Notes under the pieces: model-generated
Seen by the model: the letters and a program-made list of their open reading frames with translations, nothing else
What the model was told of the DNA's origin: nothing
Databases searched by the model: none
Program-made: the position numbers and the translations under genes
In this document: piece by piece, positions 58,891 to 64,000 of the stretch
Numbering within the stretch: the stretch's first letter is position 1
How the letters are laid out: every line of letters starts with the position of its first letter
Source: Flavobacteriales bacterium
Lineage (GTDB): Bacteria; Bacteroidota; Bacteroidia; Flavobacteriales; CAJXXR01
Reading direction: 5' to 3'
Assembly (NCBI GenBank): GCA_965243605.1
Contig: CBDEVQ010000092.1
Span: 48,208 to 112,207 of the forward strand
DNA length: 64,000 nucleotides

Positions 58891-59592
58891 ATGCTTATGA
58901 AATATATTATTAGCCTATTACTTTTTATTCCATTGGTGTTACATGCGGAATATAATAGTGTTCAAATTGCATTTGATATCGAATTAAAGGATGGAAGTCT
59001 GATACATGGGTATAAAGAAATGAGAAATCACGATTTTAAGGTCTCTCATAAAAAATACCTTAAAAATGACCTCCAATTATTTCTTAAGAATGAATCTGTT
59101 AAGGAACCAGGAGAATATGGATACTATTCAGAAAGGATACGATATAAATATCAATCAAGTTATGTATATCAATTATTGGATCCAAAAGAAATAATTATAA
59201 GTGATATTGATACGCTTATTATAACTGAATTGATTAATGATTCTTTCATTATTAATTTAACAGGGACGTATACAATAGAAGATACCATTTGGATGAATAC
59301 CAGTTCTATAGTACATTATACGTACAATGAATTTATGTGTTCTAACGATGTTTTTATACATTCGGCAAAAGGAATTCCAATTCTAATTCAACAAGAATTG
59401 GCGTTAATCGTTGATAGGTATAAGGATAAGATTGAATTAATGTATAAAAAAATAGAGGATCAAATTGATTCTGATGAAGATTATGAACGATTGATGAAAG
59501 ACCTTTATCACGATAGAGAAAAAGCCTTGGAACCTTATTTTAGAACTTATAAAAGTTTAAAAAAAGCAACCGTAGTCATGTGTACGTGTTAA
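58891..59592 (+). CDS. Hypothetical secreted protein (233 aa)
   Basis: N-terminal signal-like segment MLMKYIISLLLFIPLVLHA. No recognisable domain. Confidence 0.6.
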   Translation: MLMKYIISLLLFIPLVLHAEYNSVQIAFDIELKDGSLIHGYKEMRNHDFKVSHKKYLKNDLQLFLKNESVKEPGEYGYYSERIRYKYQSSYVYQLLDPKEIIISDIDTLIITELINDSFIINLTGTYTIEDTIWMNTSSIVHYTYNEFMCSNDVFIHSAKGIPILIQQELALIVDRYKDKIELMYKKIEDQIDSDEDYERLMKDLYHDREKALEPYFRTYKSLKKATVVMCTC

Positions 59593-59760
59593 TAAACAAA
59601 AAAAGTAATATTAGAACAAAGTAGGATGCTTAAGAAGTAGGCAGGGTTTTAATACTAGATCTTAAATAGCACATTAATTAACTCTATTAATTCTAATGTC
59701 TGGAATACTTCTACCACTTGGTTTTATATATAACCTGGGTACACGGCCTAACATTTTTAA
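59590..59760 (+). pseudogene. Decayed relic of a second outer-membrane barrel gene (paralogue of 48364..51046) with a large internal deletion
   Basis: 59590..59656 aligns with 49870..49935 (taaacaaaaaaagtaatattag.acaaa...aagaagta..cag..ttttaatac). 59675..59760 aligns with the 3' end at 50950..51046 (aattctaatg.ctggaa.ac.tctaccacttggttttat...). No intact frame remains. Confidence 0.65.
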
Positions 59761-59801
59761 ATTCATGACAGTGAGTTGTTAATCCAAAATATTAACGATA
59801 T

Positions 59802-59845
59802 AAAACGACAATAGATCATATTTGAATATGATCTATTGTCGTTTT
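59802..59845. terminator. Perfect 20-bp-stem hairpin between convergent genes (bidirectional terminator candidate)
   Basis: AAAACGACAATAGATCATAT-ttga-ATATGATCTATTGTCGTTTT has an A-run on one side and a T-run on the other. Confidence 0.8.
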
Positions 59846-59886
59846 ATTCTAAGAAAACTAAAAAGTCGAATAAAATCGATTAATAA

Positions 59887-60288
59887 TTATCGTTTATAAG
59901 TAGGTTCAATAATACTTGTACCTTCAAATATTTTTAGTGTTAAAGTGGTATTCGTTAATTCTTTAATCGTAATGACTTGAGAATCGTCTGAAGTATAGTG
60001 AATCGTTAACGATTCACCATTTAATGAATATGTAGAAGATAATATATCGTCTATATCTTCACAGTTTGGTCCTGAATAGTGTGTTGCTATGAAATTGGTA
60101 GTTGTAAATTCAATCGTTTGTTGATCCTCACAATCTGTTAATGGTTCTAGAATATTATTTCTTTTTACCTCGTGTATTTTCCATTTACCTTCAATACTTG
60201 CTTCCGAAGAATCATCATCTTTATTGTCGCAAGAAAATAGGGTGAAAGAAGCCAAAGCTATGGCTGAAATTAATTTTAATTTTTTCAT
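59887..60288 (-). CDS. Lipocalin-like-domain lipoprotein (paralogue 1)
   Basis: 133 aa. Lipobox TLFSC, then DNKDDDSSEASIEGKWKIHEV. About 55-60% identical by eye to the downstream paralogue. Confidence 0.8.
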   Translation of the reverse strand: MKKLKLISAIALASFTLFSCDNKDDDSSEASIEGKWKIHEVKRNNILEPLTDCEDQQTIEFTTTNFIATHYSGPNCEDIDDILSSTYSLNGESLTIHYTSDDSQVITIKELTNTTLTLKIFEGTSIIEPTYKR

Positions 60289-60370
60289 GATAAGGTATAA
60301 TTAAGGCAGTAGTATAACGTTTTAAAAAGGGTTAATGTGCCTATAATAATTATTTTAATTTTTGATTTTT

Positions 60371-60408
60371 GTATAAAAATAAAGCAGACGTATGAAGCAT
60401 ACATCTGC
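60371..60408 (-). terminator. Terminator of the upstream lipoprotein paralogue
   Basis: On the minus strand, GCAGATGTATG-ctt-CATACGTCTGC (one mismatch) is followed by TTTATTTTTAT. Confidence 0.6.
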
Positions 60409-60457
60409 CTAAGTATCTGAGATAAACAAAACTCAATTGATCTATCTTTTAATATAC

Positions 60458-60859
60458 TTAACGTTTAAACGTTGTTTCTATCGGGAATACACTTTCACTC
60501 ACTGTAAACGTTAACGTACTACTTGTTAATTCCTTAATGATTGCTTGAAATACCTCTCCATCTGTTGTTGATACCAATAGTATTTCCCCATCTAAAGAAT
60601 AAGAAGATGTTTCAATGTCGTCTACTTCGTCACAATTCGCTCCATAATAACTAGTCGCTATGGTTTGGGTAGATGTAAATTCAACTGTTTGGTGATCTTC
60701 ACAATCTGTTAATGGTTGAATAACATTGTTTATTTTTCTTTCATGCATAGTCCATAAACCCTCAATGCTTGCATCCGAAGAATCATCGTCTTTGTTGTCG
60801 CAAGAAAATAAGGTTAAAGAAGCTAAAGCAATGGCTGAAATAAATTTAAATTTTCGCAT
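60458..60859 (-). CDS. Lipocalin-like-domain lipoprotein (paralogue 2)
   Basis: 133 aa. Lipobox TLFSC, DNKDDDSSDASIEGLWTMHE. Same length and same Cys positions as paralogue 1. Confidence 0.8.
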   Translation of the reverse strand: MRKFKFISAIALASLTLFSCDNKDDDSSDASIEGLWTMHERKINNVIQPLTDCEDHQTVEFTSTQTIATSYYGANCDEVDDIETSSYSLDGEILLVSTTDGEVFQAIIKELTSSTLTFTVSESVFPIETTFKR

Positions 60860-60947
60860 AATATTGTTTAATTAATGACTGCAAATATAAGTATATATTA
60901 AAAGAATTGTTAATATTCAATGTCGAAATTCTACTTCTTGTATTATT

Positions 60948-61730
60948 CTATTTTGTCATTTTTAATCCGAAATAAGTAAATAATATACCACCCAAAAATA
61001 GAATCCAGTATACCATATTGAATTTCAGCTCGAATAAGTAGGTGTAGAAATTGTTTCCCGTAATAAAATCAATGGCCCAAAGACTATTACAAATAAAATG
61101 AAGGAGGATAGAATACCCAATTTTATTGGTTTTAATAAATATATACCCACTCATTAAGCCAAAAATAAATGCAGGAATAAGCGTATTCGGTGTTTCTAAG
61201 TGAATTAATGAAAAGCAAATACTAGATACTAGAATGGTTATATTTTGATTATTTGTTTGGAGTAAACGAGAAATTAGATATTTTCTAAAAAACAATTCTT
61301 CAAATATAGGTGCTATCACTAAAGTAGCCATGAGTTTATAAACGGTTGTTATACGAGAATTATCATAGATAGAACTGTGTTTAATGATGTCCTGTTGGTT
61401 AAAATGATTTAATAAATTATCAACATCTGAAAATGGCGATTTTATCAACTCATACCCAATCCCAATACAAAAAATGGAACTTAATATTTTAAGATTTCGA
61501 ATGTCTAAGTCTTCTTTATTAATCCAATTTTGATAGGGCTTCCAGAAGAAATAAAAAAATATTAGGAACCCACAGATTGGAGCAAAGGTTCTAAAGAGTC
61601 CTAACCCATGATTATAATAATCAATATTGGTTTCATCGATTTGTTTGAAAATAAAAATGATACTCATTCCTATTAAACTCTGAATAGCAACTAAAAGAAT
61701 AGTATGTAATAAGGCATGTTGTATTTTCAA
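60948..61730 (-). CDS. CPBP-family intramembrane glutamic endopeptidase (CAAX protease / Abi family)
   Basis: Polytopic. Motifs PIFEELFFRKYL (EExxxR), FSLIHL (FxxxH) and LHFICNS (HxxxN). Confidence 0.85.
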   Translation of the reverse strand: MKIQHALLHTILLVAIQSLIGMSIIFIFKQIDETNIDYYNHGLGLFRTFAPICGFLIFFYFFWKPYQNWINKEDLDIRNLKILSSIFCIGIGYELIKSPFSDVDNLLNHFNQQDIIKHSSIYDNSRITTVYKLMATLVIAPIFEELFFRKYLISRLLQTNNQNITILVSSICFSLIHLETPNTLIPAFIFGLMSGYIFIKTNKIGYSILLHFICNSLWAIDFITGNNFYTYLFELKFNMVYWILFLGGILFTYFGLKMTK

Positions 61731-62013
61731 TGTTGTATTAATTTTTAATGAGTGTTCTATTTAATATTAATTCTTTAAAATGATGATTAGGTGTGTGAAT
61801 TAAATACCCTTCCTGCTTTAGGACGCTAATTACTTTGCTTAAATTATAACTCTTCTCATTTAATTTTTTAAGAATAGGTTGAAGTGATTTTGTTGTTTCA
61901 ATAAATTTGTAAAGAAAATACGGATCTATTACACCAAATTCAAGACCATATTATGGCAATAGAATCTTTCATTCAGTTCATTTGAATTTTAATATGCGAA
62001 TAAATCAATCGGT

Positions 62014-63270
62014 TTACCAAATTTTATCCAATGTCAATTTATTGGTTTTAAATTGCTGAATTTCACTCCAGTTTTCGTCATTATCATAAACGTCTTCATT
62101 AATAATAGCATCAATAGTCCTGCTTACAATAAGCTGATTTAATGCCTTGTCAAATATAAATTCAATTCGTCTAAATTGCGTTCCGTCTTCCGAATCGTTT
62201 TTGATGATGTTAAGAGCGATACCTGAATTATACTTTTGTATGTTAGCAGATTTTATCTGATTATTAAGTGCTTTATTTTGAGCATTAATACTTAAGGTAT
62301 TAGAAGAATCTGCAAGAGCGAAATAGACTCCTTTATGGATGAATAATACATCTAATCGCCCATCGTTATTAACATCAACCTTTAAATAATATTTAGGGAG
62401 TGTATGCTCATTAAACTCTTTTTGCATTAATGATTTTAATGGAGAATCTGGAATCGGTAATTGTGGGTAGTCATTAACTGGTTTAACGGAATGACCATTG
62501 TATAATGTAACATTTGTAGAGGAATGTGTGAGGAAGTCAATGGAATTTGAAATATCTATAATTCCAGAAATATCGATACCTTCAAACGCAAAAGAATATT
62601 TATAAATATATATATAATCACTAACCGGGTCTATATATATTTCACTGGAGTAATCTTCACTATACATTCCATCTCCACTAAATCCAGTACTTCCACATGA
62701 AAATATATTTATACCATCCCAACATAATGATTCTGTACCGTTATATCCTCCACAATATTCACCTACAAAGGTAAGAATGATGGTTTCTAGTCCAGATTGA
62801 CTATCATAAGAACTAGAGATTTCATAAGGATTATCTGTTTTACTTTCATGAACATAAATAATAGAGTCCATCTTCTTAATTAATATTTTATTTTCAGATT
62901 GAAGAAAGTAAACTGTAGAATCTCTAGAACTTTGTACCATATGTTTAGGAAACATGGTTAACGAAGAATGTATATAGCCAGAATCAAGCGGAGTTGCCAC
63001 ATGAATCCAATAATGATTATTTAACCCATTTTGCTTTATAGAATGTTTACGTCCTAAATATTGTAATGGTGAATCTATAGATAAGTTCGCCATAACGAGA
63101 CTATCCATATCGGGTCCATTTCTTAAATTAACAAGATCTGCTATAAGAATTATAGAATCCTGTTGGTTTATAGATTGTGGAATTTTGGAATAGGTTGGTA
63201 TATAAGTTTGAGATTGTCCGAATGTAATGGATTGAAAAGAGATAAATATTAGAATGGCAATATATTTCAT
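62014..63270 (-). CDS. Hypothetical secreted protein (418 aa)
   Basis: Signal peptide MKYIAILIFISFQSITFGQ. An SH3b-like stretch (LVNLRNGPDMDS...) and one FG-GAP/VCBS-like Ca-binding-looking loop (VDVNNDGRLDVLFI) are seen, neither securely. Confidence 0.6.
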   Translation of the reverse strand: MKYIAILIFISFQSITFGQSQTYIPTYSKIPQSINQQDSIILIADLVNLRNGPDMDSLVMANLSIDSPLQYLGRKHSIKQNGLNNHYWIHVATPLDSGYIHSSLTMFPKHMVQSSRDSTVYFLQSENKILIKKMDSIIYVHESKTDNPYEISSSYDSQSGLETIILTFVGEYCGGYNGTESLCWDGINIFSCGSTGFSGDGMYSEDYSSEIYIDPVSDYIYIYKYSFAFEGIDISGIIDISNSIDFLTHSSTNVTLYNGHSVKPVNDYPQLPIPDSPLKSLMQKEFNEHTLPKYYLKVDVNNDGRLDVLFIHKGVYFALADSSNTLSINAQNKALNNQIKSANIQKYNSGIALNIIKNDSEDGTQFRRIEFIFDKALNQLIVSRTIDAIINEDVYDNDENWSEIQQFKTNKLTLDKIW

Positions 63271-63273
63271 ATG

Positions 63274-63870
63274 TTATTCTATTAAAATATTATAATCGGT
63301 TAATAAACCATGAATTTCATCTTTGGAAAATTTACAGCCATCAACTTTGTTTTCCTTAAGAATAATAGAGTAATTATAGGCCTCTCTAAAATCAGCCTTT
63401 ATTAAGTTTGTAAATTGAAATTGGGCAAGATTTAAATTAGATTTCGAAAATTGACTTTGTTCCAAATTGGCCTCAATAAAATCAGCTTCCGTTAAATCGC
63501 AGTCAATAAATGCAGTCTTTTTTAACTTGAGTTTATAAAAAGAAGAATACATTAAATTACAAGCGTTAAATGAAAAGCTTAATAAAAAGGGTTTACAATC
63601 TTTAAAATTAACGCCCATAATCTTACAAGATTTAAAATCAACATTTTGAAAACTTGTATGATCCACTTTAGCCATACTAAAATCACAAAGTTCAAAGGTA
63701 CAATCTATAAAATTGGATTTAGATAGGTTGGTGTTTGTGAAATTACATCCTATAAACGAACAATCCTCGAAGTCTGTTGGTGAGAAATCTGTAATAGAGA
63801 AATCTTTATTCTTAAATGTTTCGTCTTCAAATGTTTTTATTTTCATAAATATATTCTTTTGCATTTTCAT
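63274..63870 (-). CDS. Pentapeptide-repeat protein
   Basis: Continuous A(D/N)LxX-type pentapeptides (CSFIGCNFTNTNLSKSNFIDCTFELCDFSMAKVDHTSFQNVDFKSCKIMGVNF...). The start is ambiguous among ATGs at 63870, 63864 and 63846. Confidence 0.85.
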   Translation of the reverse strand: MKMQKNIFMKIKTFEDETFKNKDFSITDFSPTDFEDCSFIGCNFTNTNLSKSNFIDCTFELCDFSMAKVDHTSFQNVDFKSCKIMGVNFKDCKPFLLSFSFNACNLMYSSFYKLKLKKTAFIDCDLTEADFIEANLEQSQFSKSNLNLAQFQFTNLIKADFREAYNYSIILKENKVDGCKFSKDEIHGLLTDYNILIE

Positions 63871-64000
63871 AATACCATTTTTATGAAAACATCTATTTTG
63901 TACTTAGTATTTATATCATGCAAATGTAATCAAATTCTAAATCAATATTATTATAACATTATTTAACATATTGGTGTTTTTTGAGTGTTAAAATTTAAGT

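Noticed and set aside
63274-63870. Calling the pentapeptide-repeat protein a Qnr-type quinolone-resistance determinant
   Set aside because: Pentapeptide repeats are widespread, and no Qnr-specific loop features can be verified by eye. Only the fold family is supported.

Overview
AT-rich Bacteroidota (Flavobacteriia-like) DNA. The taxon call rests on many T9SS C-terminal sorting domains (CTDs), a GLPGLI-family gene and a TAnnTTTG -7 box. All homology calls come from motif recognition by eye, and identity statements come from visual comparison of sequence lines; no search was run. About 36% of the window (6.4-35.6 kb) is one same-strand tandem family of 12 full-length paralogues of about 630 aa, named here A1-A6 and B1-B6. 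Each copy has a signal peptide, a conserved CSLREA-like N-cap, a hypervariable right-handed beta-helix core, a conserved choice-of-anchor-Q-like C-cap, two small Cys modules and a T9SS CTD. The copies lie in two six-gene blocks either side of a 1806-aa T9SS cargo gene and a 116-bp tandem repeat. They are 13-40 nt apart. They are segmental mosaics of one another, with near-identical tracts of 0.3-1 kb shared between non-adjacent copies whose flanks differ. This recombining repertoire of secreted beta-helix proteins is the main candidate for something new. Labels used below: signal types a/b/c, core classes I-VI, CTD types alpha/beta/gamma. The rest of the window holds: a 5'-truncated giant PKD/CUB/GEVED T9SS protein; an Rrf2(NsrR-like)-ric-norB nitric-oxide module with a shared palindromic operator candidate; a P1B-4-type metal ATPase; three uncharacterised (mostly membrane) genes; a two-component system; a GLPGLI gene beside an outer-membrane barrel gene broken by two frameshifts; two more large secreted proteins, one with its T9SS CTD split by an IS3-family element (3-bp target duplication, A6G frameshift site); gene relics; a lipocalin-like lipoprotein pair; a CPBP protease; and a pentapeptide-repeat protein. 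No tRNA, rRNA, CRISPR array or cas gene was seen.
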